NCBI RefSeq assembly: GCF_004010195.1
Contig: NC_057737.1
Span: 24,279,707 to 24,343,706 of the forward strand
DNA: 64,000 bases
Reading direction: 5' to 3'
Source: Chiloscyllium plagiosum
Taxonomy: Eukaryota
Every line of letters starts with the position of its first letter. The stretch's first letter is position 1. The position numbers and the translations under genes are program-made. This document shows positions 25,020 through 37,613 of the stretch, one piece after another. The notes under the pieces were generated by a model. That model was not told the DNA's origin and did no database searches. It worked only from the letters and a program-made list of their open reading frames with translations.

Positions 25020-25791
25020 CAAATGAAGTCCTTGAAAAATATAGAGAAAATATGAAGGAGCACAAACAGAGAGTTAGGCGGGCTAAAAAGTGCTATGAAA
25101 CATCCTTGGTCCATAGGAATAAGGAGAATACTAAGGCATTTTATACATTTTTTTAGTACATTTTATATAGCAAGAAGGTAGCTCGGTAAAGAGTGGACCC
25201 ACTCAAGAATAATGGAGGGAGGTTATGTGTGGAGCCAGAGGAACTGGGTGAGATCTGTAATGAGTATTTTACATCTGTATTCACTTAAGAAAGGGACAAG
25301 AGGGATGTTGAGGTTAGGGAAAGGCATGTGAATGCTCTTGTGCATGTCAATATAATGAAAGAGAAAGTGTTGGGTGTCTTGAAACACATTCAGGTAGAAA
25401 ATTCCCCAGTGTCAAATGGGATCTATCCTGGGAGACTGTGGGAGGCAAATGAGAAATAGCTGGAGCCTGAACAGCTATCTTTATATCCTCTTTGACCTCA
25501 GGTCAGGTTCCAGACGACCAGAGAATGGCCAATGCTGTTCCTTTGTGTAAGAAGGGAAATGGAGACAATCCAGGTCATTACAGGCCTGTTAGACTGACGT
25601 CAGTGGTGGGGAAGCTGTTGGAGAAGATACTGAAAGACAGGATATTCACATTTGGAAGTGAATGGACTTGTTAGTGATAGGTAGCACGGGTTTGTGTGTG
25701 GAAGGTTATATCTCACCAACTTGATTAAGTTGTTTGAAGAGGTCTCTTATGTGTCTATATTTCTTGCTTTCCTATTGTGTTTTACCTGCAG

Positions 25792-25972
25792 ATTGCATGG
25801 CTCCTACAAGGCGATTGAAGGAGGGTATACATTGGATGCTTTGACCGATCTTACTGGGGGTGTTGGTGAAATCTACAGATTTTCAGAATTTGCAGATAGG
25901 TATGAGGAGCTGTACAACCATCTCTCTGCTGCTTCCAGGAAGAATGCTCTAATGGCCTGTGGAACAGGAAAG
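25792..25972 (+). CDS. Calpain exon (LHGSYKAIEGGYTLDALTDLTGGVGE...LMACGTGK)
   Basis: GSY..L.GG...DxTGG motif; acceptor cag, donor AAG|gtcaga; phase 2/0. Confidence 0.97.
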
Positions 25973-26273
25973 GTCAGACATGTGGTATTGAATCAGTTTC
26001 AACCTCGATGATTAATTTAGGCGGTTTAATGTAATTGTTGTGCATCAGTTATGTCCTTGTCATTTTACTGCAGCACAAGTCCAACAGATTCATGTCCTCC
26101 ACATTTAATCATTACATCATGTGGCTGTAAGAAACAGACGAAATTCAACTGAGGAGGATACCAGTATTAATTTCTCATTTTCTAAATAATCTCAACCTTC
26201 AAAGTTTGTGCGAAGATTTGTAGCTCGGGTGCTCGTTGTTGTGGTTCTGTTCGCCGAGCTGGAAGTTTTTGTT

Positions 26274-26313
26274 GCAAACGTTTCGTCCCCTGGCTAGGCG
26301 ACATCATCAGTGC
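26274..26313 (-). ncRNA. Minimal hammerhead ribozyme (family C), core intact
   Basis: Minus strand reads GCA-CTGATGA-T-GTCGCC-TAGCCA-GGGGAC-GAAA-CGTT-TGC; stem I GCA/TGC, palindromic ACGT. Confidence 0.78.
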
Positions 26314-26881
26314 TTGGGAACCTCCTGCGAAGCGCTTCTTTGATGTTTCCTCCGGTGTTTATAGTGGTCGGTCCCTGCTGCTTCCGGTTGTCAGTTTCAG
26401 CTGTCCGTTTTAGTGGTTGGTATATTGCCAACAGCTACGCTCAGACAACAACTCACCAGAACGAAGGACCCGATACCCAACATGAGCAAAACTAATGTAG
26501 TGTACAAAATACCATGCAAGGACTGCACAAAACACTATATAGGACAAACAGGAAGACAGCTAACAATCCACATACATGAACATCAACTAGCCACGAAACG
26601 ACACGACCAGCTATCCTTAGTAGCCACACACGCAGACAACAAGCAACATGAATTCGACTGGGACAACACTACTATCATAGGGCAAGCCAGACAGAGAACA
26701 GCCAGGGAATTCCTAGAGGCATGGCATTCATCCACAAACTCCATCAACAAACACATCGACCTGGACCCAATATACCAACCACTACAGCGGACAGCTGAAA
26801 CTGACAACCGGAAGCGGCAGGGACAGACCACTATAAACACTGGAGGAAACATCAAAGAAGCGCTTCGCAGGAGGCTCCCAA

Positions 26882-26921
26882 GCACTGATGATGTCGCCTA
26901 GCCAGGGGACGAAATATTTGC
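26882..26921 (+). ncRNA. Minimal hammerhead ribozyme (family C)
   Basis: GCA-CTGATGA-T-GTCGCC-TAGCCA-GGGGAC-GAAA-TATT-TGC; ACGT changed to ATAT, still palindromic. Confidence 0.72.
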
Positions 26922-28452
26922 AACAAAAACTTCCAGCTCGGCGAACAGAACCACAACAATCTCAACCTTGTAAATAGGATAATAAAAGCAACAACTGACT
27001 TTTGGATGTATTGGTAACTAATGCTGAAATATTTTTCAAATTATCTTTATTTGCCTCCAATGACTGTTGTGTTAAAAAAATCACAATAATAAAACTTCAG
27101 GTTTCCTGTTATCTTCATCATCGATGACAGACTTGCTGATAGCAGCTTCTTCTTTCAATAATAAGAAAATATTAAATACAGGAACACCAATGTTTATAAA
27201 ATAAAAATGTAAGTTTTAAAGATGAAAGGAGTTGAAATTGATATTCCCCTTAATATTGTTAATTAGTTCTTTGGAGAGCACCTACTGCTGGTGAAGCCAT
27301 TTTCCTGTGAAAATAAAATGTTTTTAAGGTAACATGAAATGGTTGCATTTTTCACTCATTAAACATCTTGTCAGTTGCAATATCATCCCCTTCATTGACT
27401 TTAATGGAATGACAATTGGGCATGTTGTGTAGTGGGCAGATCGTTAAATATTGTCCATTTCACTGTTTTGTCCAAACCTTACTTTCTCCTCTGCCATTGT
27501 TTTCTTGGTCAGTTAACCCCAAGATACTCTGCTCCATTTTCACTTTTTCTTTTGTATTTATGGAATCTGATCCAGAATTTTAAGATCAGCTTGTTCATAG
27601 ATTCTATGTGTAATTTTTTTTAAGTGCTGTGCCCAGCGCTTTTGTCTCTAGCTCTTTTTTCTTGAGGATTTTTCCCTGTTCACTTTAGTTTTCTCTCCTC
27701 CTATCCTGACTGTCAATAGTCTTTCCACACAGCAATTTGAGGTGCGTGATCTGGAAGTGAGCATCTTACTCAATTGGAAGACTATTATAGCCAAACTAAT
27801 TTGTTGATATATGCTTATTTTGGTGCAGGTAGTGATCAGGATTAAAGAATGCTCGCGCTAACTTTAGTCAAGGACTGACTTGGCTAATCACAAGTTTCAA
27901 ACATTTACACTGTCTGAGATCAACTAGTTCAGCCTAGATTCAGAGAGGAATCTGAATCCTCCCCAATGCCTGGCTTAATTCCAAGTTGCTAAACTAATTG
28001 GAGACATCTATGTTTTTGATTCATAAAGACGAATTTAAATTACATACAATTACACTACCATGAAGAGACACATTCTTATATCCAATCTACCTGAATTAAA
28101 CAATAACATGAAATTATTGCATTTATGTTTGCATTTAATTCCAACTTCAACATTTCTATTAAAACATTGTGTTGTGATAATGCTTGTAATTTAAGAAGTT
28201 CCTACTGCTGGCAAGGTTCCATTAAGCTTAATGACAAATTGTCTGCACACTCTCTGAGACTTTTACTTGTTGTTTTCGTGAACGGAGTAGCTACTGGGTG
28301 AAGCTCCTTGATAGCAGTACAAACCTGGAATATTTAACTGTCAGGATCAAAGCTAAGTATTTGATCATAACACCACAAGCAATAGATGAATTCCTATAAT
28401 TTCTTTTGCAGTATTTGTGACTTACCACTGTCTCTATTTAAATGTTATACAG

Positions 28453-28524
28453 GAAGTTGAAAGATGTGGAAAGCAAGATGGCTTAGTAGCTGGGCATGCT
28501 TATAGCGTCACAGCAGTAAGAAAG
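28453..28524 (+). CDS. Calpain exon with the catalytic His (DGLVAGHAYSVTAVRK)
   Basis: GLVxGHAYSVT motif, His codon at 28495-28497; phase 0/0; donor AAG|gtaaac. Confidence 0.96.
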
Positions 28525-31203
28525 GTAAACTATTAGAATAGAAAGTATTTTCTTAGTGCAAAATTCTCCCGTTTCATTATGTCCCCCTGAAATCCTCAAC
28601 CATCACAGTCTATTTTAAAGGATGTGTTGACCTTTTTACTGACAATGTAGACCTGCATATATTAGACAAATATTAATAATTAATTTATGATGTTGCTATT
28701 TAGTCCATTCATCCTGTCATTTTTTAAAATCTGTCTCTCACTTGGTGCTTCCAAATTCTGAGAGTCTCGATTATGTCCTTTGTGAGAGCACGAAGCTTTT
28801 GAGATATCACTACTGAGACATCCTGGTAATCTATTTGTCACTTTCTCCTGCCACATTGGACCATTGAATTTTGTCCGTCTCTGATCCACAGATTCTTATC
28901 CTCTCTTGCCCTTCTCAGTTTATCTCTTTTTCATTTCATACCCAAAATTTACCTCTTCTGATATGTACCAATTTCCTTTCTGCACTGATATTTGACTTTG
29001 TCTGCACCTAGCTCTCTGTCTCTTTGTTTTATTTCTCTCTACCTATCCCCATGATCCCACGATGTTTTTGTTTCTGACTCTCCTGCTTCCCCACCTACCT
29101 CAAACATTTTGTTTTTCTCTTCAGCTTGGCTTCATTTTATTCACACGCTCTCAGTACCACCCAAAAGAAGACATCAAACACTGGTGAAGCAATATAGAGA
29201 TGGGGAAAGCCACAAACAGCTGCTCAAAAATTATTTGCTCTCAATAGAGAAAGAGAGAGAGAGCAGCAGGCACAATGGGCTAAGTCCCCTGAGTTTTATA
29301 GCTATTCAAAGACTTAGCTTGAACTAGAATGTAGGGAGGTGCACAGTGGGGCACATGTTGGGTGAAGGAATGAAAACTGCAGAAGGATCTGTGGAGACAG
29401 AGAAGGTTGTAAATTGCTGAACAAAAAAATTACCTGGTGAATTGGAAAGGAAGAGGTCAAGGAGGACAAGGGCTTATAGGGGAGTTGGATGGAGGTAGGG
29501 AGGCTATATTGCAGCTAGAACATTGGGAATAGCAAACCTGGGTACAATGGGAATAGGATGATGGTTACAATATAATTTATTAAATAACCATTAATTGTCA
29601 CAATAACAACAAACTTCATTTATTGTTGACAGTTGCAGCAAGCTTTGAGTTTGCAGGAATTATAGATGGAAGAATCAAGTCAAGATATCTAAGCACACTA
29701 TAGAATTTAAAGTACTTATAAGCAGGAGTTATAGTATTGTCAGATCAAATTAATATTGGTATTTATTATTCATCTATTACAGAATAACAGAGTACTATTA
29801 AATCATGACAAAGCAAAATAGGTGCTAGCATAAATTGTTTAAATGCATTAATCTTTTATTTTAAAGAATTAAGGTTCTGATAATTTTCAAGAAGGCTAGA
29901 AGAATGGGTTTGTGGGTTGCATTTGGTAGTAAATATTCAATTCCAAATATCATTTCTGCTCACTGTAAATAATAAACACAGAAGAGACCTTCTTCGTCAT
30001 TGCAAGATTAACTTCTATTTATATAGAAACTGATCCCTTCTTCAGGAATTTCTAAAGCATTTCTTCATCAGTGAATTATTTTTTGAAATGCAGTCACTTT
30101 CATTAGATTAGCAAATGTGGTAATAAATTGAACACAAACTTACATTTCTATAAAAGTATATTATGGAACATGGCAAGATCAGAAACAAATGAGATGGTGA
30201 TATTAATTGGCTTGGTTTATTCTGGGAGATATTTAACATTTGTGTCATTAGTTCAGCATTCATAATGGATCGCCATAGCATATTGATCATATCAATTACC
30301 AATGGAGCTGTATTGAATCTTCAATACAATGACATTTTTCACTCATATTTTCTTAAGTTCAGTGCATGAAGAACAAAATAGCCCTCAGTTCCCTGTGCTT
30401 GAAAACATGGCGTTTCAGTGGCTGAAACTTCATCATCATATAAAATATAACCCTCAGTTATCTGAGTATTGTGTCTTACATGACTTAACGTCTCCTTCCC
30501 AAATACAATAGCAAGCATTTGGCTTGTGTTCTGTAAAGTTTATATGAGGAACTTGTCTGATGATGGTAGTCAGAAGCTGATCCCTTGTGTTTACATTACA
30601 ATGTGTTATATGGTATTGGAGCATTGTGCTGTTACACATCATCCAGTTTGGATTATTTTGGATCAGTCCACTGTTCTTTTATTCTGTATAATCTATTAAT
30701 CATCCACTATTGCTGGAAAAGTTTCTAGCTAGTTGTTACACTATGTTAAAAACAAATTGATCAGGCCATATAACTCAGGCCCATGTATCAGCCTTGCTAC
30801 TTAATTGTGTGATTGTATCTTTCTCTTTCCCACCTTTCTGTTTTTGCATTAGAGTATTTACACTGAATGATGGACTCTGTTTCTTAACTTGTAGTGTTAA
30901 CACAGCTGAGGCAATTACAATCACAACCTTGCAAAACACAAAGCAATTTTCAAGTGAGCTATATTTCATACACACTTCCGGTGACCCCTCCCCCCCAGAT
31001 GATTCTCTTGGCCAAAATAAATGCGAAACAATTTTTGAAACACTGAAGTTTGTTTTGATCATGTATATTTCTGCAGCTAAATGCTAGATGAGTATTTCCC
31101 CTTTTTTGTGCTTTAGTGTCTTCCCAGCTCTAACTGATGTTGATATAAATGATTTGCATTGTAAAATACCAATTATACTTCTTAAAATATTTTTTTGTTT
31201 TAG

Positions 31204-31298
31204 CTAACCACTCCAAAAGGGAGGGTGCCCCTTGTTCGGATTCTTAATCCTTGGGGATCAGGCCACAATATGGAATGGACAGGTGACTGGAGCGATGA
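31204..31298 (+). CDS. Calpain exon with the catalytic Asn (LVRILNPWGSGHNMEWTGDWSD)
   Basis: NPWG...EWxGxWSD motif, Asn codon at 31246-31248; phase 0/2; donor GA|gtaagt. Confidence 0.96.
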
Positions 31299-32849
31299 GT
31301 AAGTGTCATCAATACTGCACTGCTGTAACCATATTGAGCTATAACAGGGGACAGCTGGCCAAGTCGTGTTTTCACAGTGGAATAGGTAGTCTGACAATTA
31401 AATGGGGATTAGGGTGCTGAGTGGAGAGTAAGGTGTGGGGTTGTTGAAGGAAGGAACAGCTGGGTGGGAGTGGTAGGGTGAACAGAAGTGGTTGGTAGGG
31501 CGCCAGGTAAGTGGATGGGGGCTCTGGTTAGGATAGGAGTATTTGGGGGTTTTCTGATGTGTCCAGTTGTGGAGGTAAGGATCATGGGATTGGGGGTGAT
31601 TGGAGTCAATCAGTTCATGGATGAGTGTCGGTGAGGGTGGGTGTCAGAACCTGCGAATGTGCTCGAGAGTCAGGTGTGGAGAGTCAAGGGGACGGGAATC
31701 CATGCAGGATAGTCACAAGGCATTGTGCGTCAGGCTGGTTGCGATGTCAGGTCCATAGGGAGTAGCCGGGTTAAATTCAAGGATCAGGTTTTTGGGTTGG
31801 GTGCTGGATCCAGGGAGGTGTGGGTTGGCTGTTTGCCGGGGTTAGTTTTATACTTATCCAGGAATTACAGCAAGTTTTAATCCCTCTAATTTTACCCTGG
31901 CAAACTATTTATGTAAATAAGTCAGAACTCTTCAAAAGTTCCAAATTTAACTCAACATTTGAGACTACTTCAATGGGGTCCAGGCACAGAGTAATAGCCC
32001 ATCGAAAATTTCAACTTCCTGGGTAGCATTTTGGAAGATCTGGGCCTGTTAGATTCATGTTGTACATTTGTTATTTTTTTTTTCGAAAACATAAGAACCT
32101 CATATTTCCAGTACTGATCTCACAATGTGTACAAACATTTAGAGAAACAAATGAGCAGTATTGCATCGGAATGTTGTGCAACACCAAACCCACGTTCCTT
32201 TAAGTCACCTGGCTGTCCAGTTTGAAAAGCAATAATTTGTATTTATGTACCATGCTTAATATATAAAAATGCCACAAAACATAAGTTAAAGGTGACAGAA
32301 TGTGCTAAGGAGTTGTAGAAGGATCAGAGAAGCAGAGTTGAAAAGATGGAAAAGAAGGTAAAAGATCCAATAGGACTTTGACAGGTGACAAGCTCTGCTG
32401 TAAATTAAGGATTTTCTGGTGTCAATTTAAACAGCTCTCAAGCTTAATGTCAGCATCCTTGTTTAAGCACATGCTGAGTTGAATGTTTAATGTGACTCAG
32501 GATCCCAATACTCCAGTGCATTCGCACCTGATGCTCAGTTTTTGATGACCGTTGGTTAGGACAATAGGAGATCCTCCAGAACTATAAGATCTGCAGATTT
32601 ACTGTTGTGAGTGAGAGCTGCTGATGTCGGGTGGAGAACAACAGACCATCTCCATCTCTTGACTGTATTTTAATTTTGTCAATGGGAGTTGGTGTCTGCA
32701 TGCCATTTCACAAATGCTGAAAACCTTTATAGACCCCTTAAGTGGCCCAGTAGTCCACCTGTTCTTTGCAGACAGGTAGTCACCCTGAACTAAAATGGCC
32801 CAGAGTTTGGAAAGGGGTGCAGTGGATACAAAGCAGTGGGCCTAGCATA

Positions 32850-33130
32850 TTTTAAGGGTAAGAGGAGAAAGATTTAAAAAAGACATGAGGGCAATTTTTT
32901 TTTACACAGACAGTGATTCATGTGTGGAATGCACTTTCAGAGTAAGTGGTGGATGCGGGTACAGTTACAATGTTTAAAAGACATTTAGGTAAGTACATGA
33001 AAAAAAAATGTTTGGAAGGACATGGGCCAAACACAGACAGGTAGGCTAGTTTAGTTTGGAATTATGGTCAGGGTGGACTAGTTGACTGAAAGGTCTGTTT
33101 CCGTGCTGTATGTGTTTATGATTCTATCTA
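32850..33130 (+). mobile_element. CR1/HER1 3' end fragment
   Basis: Homologous to 48835-49115. Confidence 0.8.
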
Positions 33131-35276
33131 TCTCCAGTACTGCTTCCAAAGCCATCTGAAAATTTGGCCCGTTTTAAAATATTTTTCAGTTTTATTTCAG
33201 TCCACTAGATGGCTTTATCGACCTTAACATTGGCTAGTTATAAGATTAGTAGTGGCACATCAGCTTTGCTTTATGAAATCAATTTATAACTAACTTGAGT
33301 CCATCAGCTATGATTTAGTTCATGTTTTATGCTTGATCATATTCAGCTTTGTATTATTTTACCTTAACATTATTTTACAATTGTTGGCCATTTTTCTGTT
33401 TTGTTTTCTTTTGCTAAGTCAAGTGACCATGTATTATAGCAGCTGCTCCTTCACTGTGATTTAACATGCAATGTTATACATTGGAACATTTCTGGAATTC
33501 AGGAAATTCCAAGTGACTTTCTGCTGCACATATATCTACCAATAGGCATAACTTCTCATATCACACTTTGAAATGAGGACAGGACTTTTGAAATTCAGAA
33601 AACATGAACCAGGAAGACTATTCAACATTTCTCAGCTCACTAACTCTTCAACTTCGGAACTCGACTGCATCACTCCTCATATTGCCTCCAGTATTTTTGC
33701 TTCCATCGTTCCCAATATCACATGTAATTACTACATTTTTGTGCGATAAAAAGTTATACACTCTAAAATTTACATTTTATCATTGTAACCAGCTCCATCT
33801 CATCCTAATATCAAGCTTGATTTGATGGAGTCTTAGGAAACCAATTGTTCTAAAGTTTTTATGTGTATCTCAACATCAGGCCTGTCTTTGTTGGCCCATT
33901 TCGAGAAATAAGAACCCATATTCTCCAATATATATCTTTCATCCAAACTCAATCATGTGGAACAATTCCAGAGACTGGATATCACTTCTGTGTGTTGGTG
34001 ACAAAAGTTGATCATATCTTCAACCCTTCCGTAGCATCAGATTGGATTGTCAACTTTCCTTTGTGTAATTCTGACTGAGAGGACATTAATAATTATAGAA
34101 CTTGAATGAGAATTGAATCACCCTTATTGCACAGGAACATTGCCACTTTTAAATACTCATTTTCCCTAGATTCAATAGTTGATTGAATGGTGCAGCAAAC
34201 TCAATGGGCTGAATGGACTGGTTCTGCTGCTATGTCTTATAGCCTATTATCAACACCCACACAGGGAAAATAAGATTTGGGTTGTAGGAAGAAGTTCAGG
34301 AGGCATCAGCATTGGTATCATGCCCAATTTTGGTGTCTTTGCTATTTGAATTGGATCTCAATTAGCTTTGTAAATGTGGGCTCCATCTGTGTTCGACAGA
34401 TAATACTTGTTATTGTTGATTTAAATAATAAAAGGCACTTACGTTGTCCTTTTTGTGAAATATTGCATTGGAGGAAAGTGACAGTATTGCATTTTTACTG
34501 TTTGTTTTGCAAACCTATCAGATCTGTTTGATAGTTTCAGCACTTTGCTAATACATATCTGGAATAAATCATTTTAGTTCATCTGGTTGGGCCCACAGGT
34601 TAAAAAAAAAGCATATACCATTTCTTACCAGGAAGCTAAAATTGTGAGAAATTAAGTTGTAGGACAAAGTGGTACCGAGGTTTGTTGATGCTATAGAAGG
34701 CACAGCAGCATTGCATGATTGGAGTAGGGGTGTTCCTCATAGGTGAGGCTTAATAGCATGTTGGAGGAGAATGCAGAGCAGTTTTTATGTTTCCTTTAGG
34801 CTACCTCATTGAATGTTTTAAGTTAAAGACAGATAGAGTTTTGAACAGGAAGAGAATCAAGGGTTATCGTGAGAGGGTGGGTAAGTGGATATTTGTGGAT
34901 GTGGTGCCAATCAAGCGAGCTGCAGCAATGTACTGGAGCTGAGATGACTGAGATGTCAATTGCAACCTGATGCCAAGGACAGTCACTCTCACCTCATCTC
35001 TGGAGTTCAACGCTGTGATTTATATCCGTTCTTGCATTTCATATTTTGATGAGTTTGAATAAATGTTTAATCCACAGAAAATAACTATCCTCATCTGAAA
35101 TTAACATTTCCTCAAGTATCCATATTTTTGAGAGCTCTGTGTTGCCATGTTTGTGTTAGAAAGTCTGCAACCCTGAAATTCTGAATAACTGTGCCTTTAT
35201 GAAAAGAGGGCTATGATAGCCAGCATGCTTGTTAAAAGAAATGAATGTCAACATGATGTTTCTTCCTTTTGCAAAG

Positions 35277-35354
35277 TTCTCCTCTGTGGAACCAAATTCC
35301 AATCTGGACCAGAGAAGCATTTGGATTCACCAAAAAGGATGATGGGGAATTCTG
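35277..35354 (+). CDS. Calpain exon (SPLWNQIPIWTREAFGFTKKDDGEFW)
   Basis: DDGEFW motif; 78 nt; phase 2/2. Confidence 0.93.
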
Positions 35355-35466
35355 GTAGGATGGGTCATTCCATCAGTTTTGTGTTATTTAATAACTGTAG
35401 TTTTGCTGGATATTTTCTTGGTCGATCTTCTAGCCACCACAGTCAAAGTGCTATCTTATTTCACAG

Positions 35467-35552
35467 GATGAAGTTTGATGACTTCTGTAAAAGGTTTACA
35501 ACTGTTACAGTATTGACTCTGGGGCCTGACTTTGATGGTGATGGAGGTGCAG
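35467..35552 (+). CDS. Calpain exon, end of CysPc (MKFDDFCKRFTTVTVLTLGPDFDGDGGA)
   Basis: WMxFxDFxxxF motif; phase 2/1; 112-nt upstream intron. Confidence 0.93.
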
Positions 35553-36059
35553 GTAATGACAAGAGTTGTATTAAGGAATATTACTACTTTTTTTTGCATG
35601 GAGGGAACTGCTATTCTTATTTAAAAAGGACAGAAAATAACAAAAAAAGAACTTTTTGGCTGCTAAGTCCAATCAAGATATTCACCAAGATGGTGGAAGG
35701 GAGGCTGAGGGGTGGGGAGGTGTTGCGAGGGGAGGGGAATTGAGCAAAACCTGAGGTCAAGGCCAGATCACACATTATTTGAGCAGGGATCAAAAATCAC
35801 TACAATGTTGACAGAAATGAATACTTCAGAAGAATCTTTTGCTGCCCATAATCTGTACAGTTCCCTTTGCCAGGTATATCAATGCATCAGGAGAAAGGGA
35901 AGGCAGCAACCTACTGCAGAGAGGTTTGTAATCGACAGAACAAGCCAGATAGCAGATCAGTCATGAAAGCACATCTGTAATCTGGGTATGGTTCAAAAGC
36001 AGGGCATGGTGAGCATGGCATTATTATCCTCAATGTAGACACCCCAGTACTTCACCTTC

Positions 36060-36420
36060 ATACCAGACTGTGCTTCCAGGCATCCATGGGGACATCGGGG
36101 AATTGAACACTTTTCTGTGTGCCACTTAATTAGAAAAGTACCTGGCACTTTGTTTATCCAGACAGCACATGCACACATATCTGTTTAAATCAAACACTGG
36201 CAATTGTAGCAGTACAAATAGTTTCACCGAGTTGTTGTTTTGCCAAGATTTAGAAATTATTGACCACTACATTTGCACGTGATCATTCATGCACCTATTG
36301 GCAAACCTGAAATCTACCGAAATGGCAAAGGCTATTATTCCAAACCCTTGCTTTATGACTGTACACACAGACCTAAATGTTCTAAACACATAACATTGAA
36401 CAGGAACTGTAGCCCAAACC
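36060..36420 (+). mobile_element. Possible ancient PIF/Harbinger transposase remnant
   Basis: HVIIHAPIGKPEIYRNGKGYYS resembles the HARBI1-type IDGTHVxIxAP...YxNRKGxHS motif; frameshifted. Confidence 0.5.
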
Positions 36421-37037
36421 AGGACATATTGGAAAATCAAGAGGAATGTGCTAAGTGAAGCAAATAAGATTTTTTATTAATCATCTGTACTTGATGATGT
36501 ACTCCCTGGGTAGTGTACATGGGATGATGCATGACCATGTGTGTAAGTGATATCTTAAACAAGGAAATAATGTCGAGTGAGTTACTATGTAACATAAAGC
36601 TTATTTAGTACTATAGATACATTTGAAACTTGAAACATTTACTTTCAGGAAATTTAATGGCAAATTAATAAAGTACAAACTGAATTTTTGCTTATCCATC
36701 ATTTGATAAAAGGTCAGCTTATTGTTCACGCTTAAACGCTAGCGAGGCCTCTCTTGTAGCCTCATAATTCAAATTTGCAAGGGCACAACCTCCGTCATCA
36801 CCCCTGCAGCCATTTACCACAGTACTAGTCAAGTATTTTAAAAATTATTACACCCACGTGCCTTTCGAAAATGACTGCACTTGGTGCTGTTTTGTGCCGG
36901 AGAACTTTCCCTTTCGCCAAATCTCTTATGTTGAGAGTTAATTCAATAGAATACCATTTTTTAAAAATGATGCTGTCAGAGCCAAAAATGCTATAATGAA
37001 AGACCTGTTATCATTTTTCCTTCTCTTGTCTTCACAG

Positions 37038-37166
37038 ATGCTGGCAGCTTGCAAGAGGTAAAGGGTCAGTGGGTGACTGGAATTAATGCAGGTGGATGCA
37101 GAAATAATATAAAGAAGTATAGCTGCAACCCTCAGTATCCCATCACTATCACAGCCCCAGGAGCAG
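37038..37166 (+). CDS. Calpain exon, start of domain III/CBSW (VKGQWVTGINAGGCRNN...NPQY)
   Basis: GxW..G..AGGCRN...NPQY motif; phase 1/1. Confidence 0.95.
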
Positions 37167-37587
37167 GTAATAAAGCATCTCCTGTGCAAATACCTCACTT
37201 CCCAAAATTGGGACATATCTCTTGGACGTTGTGCTAATTGTGTTTGCCTTTGAGTTCTTCAACTAAGGTGAAGAAATCTTTACAGAATTAATGTTGTAGA
37301 TGAAATTAGTTAGAGACAAGTATAAAAAATGAATTGGGGTGGGGTGAAAACAGGTTGTTGGTCCCAGGATGTACTAGAGCTTGGCCTCTCTTGTGCTATG
37401 ATTACATATAAAGGATATGTAGCAGTCTATTAGAACAGAAGCCATAGAGAGCAAATTAGAGACTGGGAGCTAATAATATCTATAAAGTGAAAGCTACATA
37501 AGTGCCTGAAGACTATGTTGATAGTGTGAGGGAAAGAGGGTGGAAAAAGTATGAAATCGAACATAAGTATGATACAGATTAATAGAG

Positions 37588-37613
37588 GAGAAAGTGAGGT
37601 CTGCAGATGCTGG
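37588..37613 (-). mobile_element. 26-bp PLE 3'-terminal micro-insertion
   Basis: 15-bp TSD tacagattaatagag at 37573-37587 and 37614-37628; the insert is the inverse of about 11999-12024. Confidence 0.8.

Larger units (their letters stand above)
23100..25741 (+). mobile_element. Decayed CR1 LINE: ORF1 SGNH-esterase remnant, AP endonuclease, start of RT
   Basis: VHIGTND...RIVISGSLPV (ORF1 esterase); GGRVALLV and ILDLV (EN); ANAVPLCKKGNGDNPGHYRPVRLTSVVGKLLE (RT). Confidence 0.85.
26200..26957 (+). mobile_element. Young 5'-truncated PLE (family C, Penelope/Poseidon-like) with an inverted 5' pseudo-LTR
   Basis: Open GIY-YIG frame NVVYKIPCKDCTKHYIGQTGRQL...REFLEAW; about 26235-26427 is the inverse of 26768-26959; 12-bp TSD aatctcaacctt at 26188-26199 and 26958-26969. 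Confidence 0.93.

Noticed and set aside
26413-26901. Domesticated GIY-YIG nuclease gene
   Set aside because: It has no ATG, is 5'-truncated and lies inside a TSD-bounded young PLE.
31420-31850. G-rich stretch as another A>G hypermutated tract
   Set aside because: No in-window reference copy to compare; it looks like ordinary low-complexity sequence.
35213-35743. 176-aa single-exon ORF
   Set aside because: Only 35467-35552 is real coding in that frame; the rest is intron, and exon 35277-35354 is in another frame.
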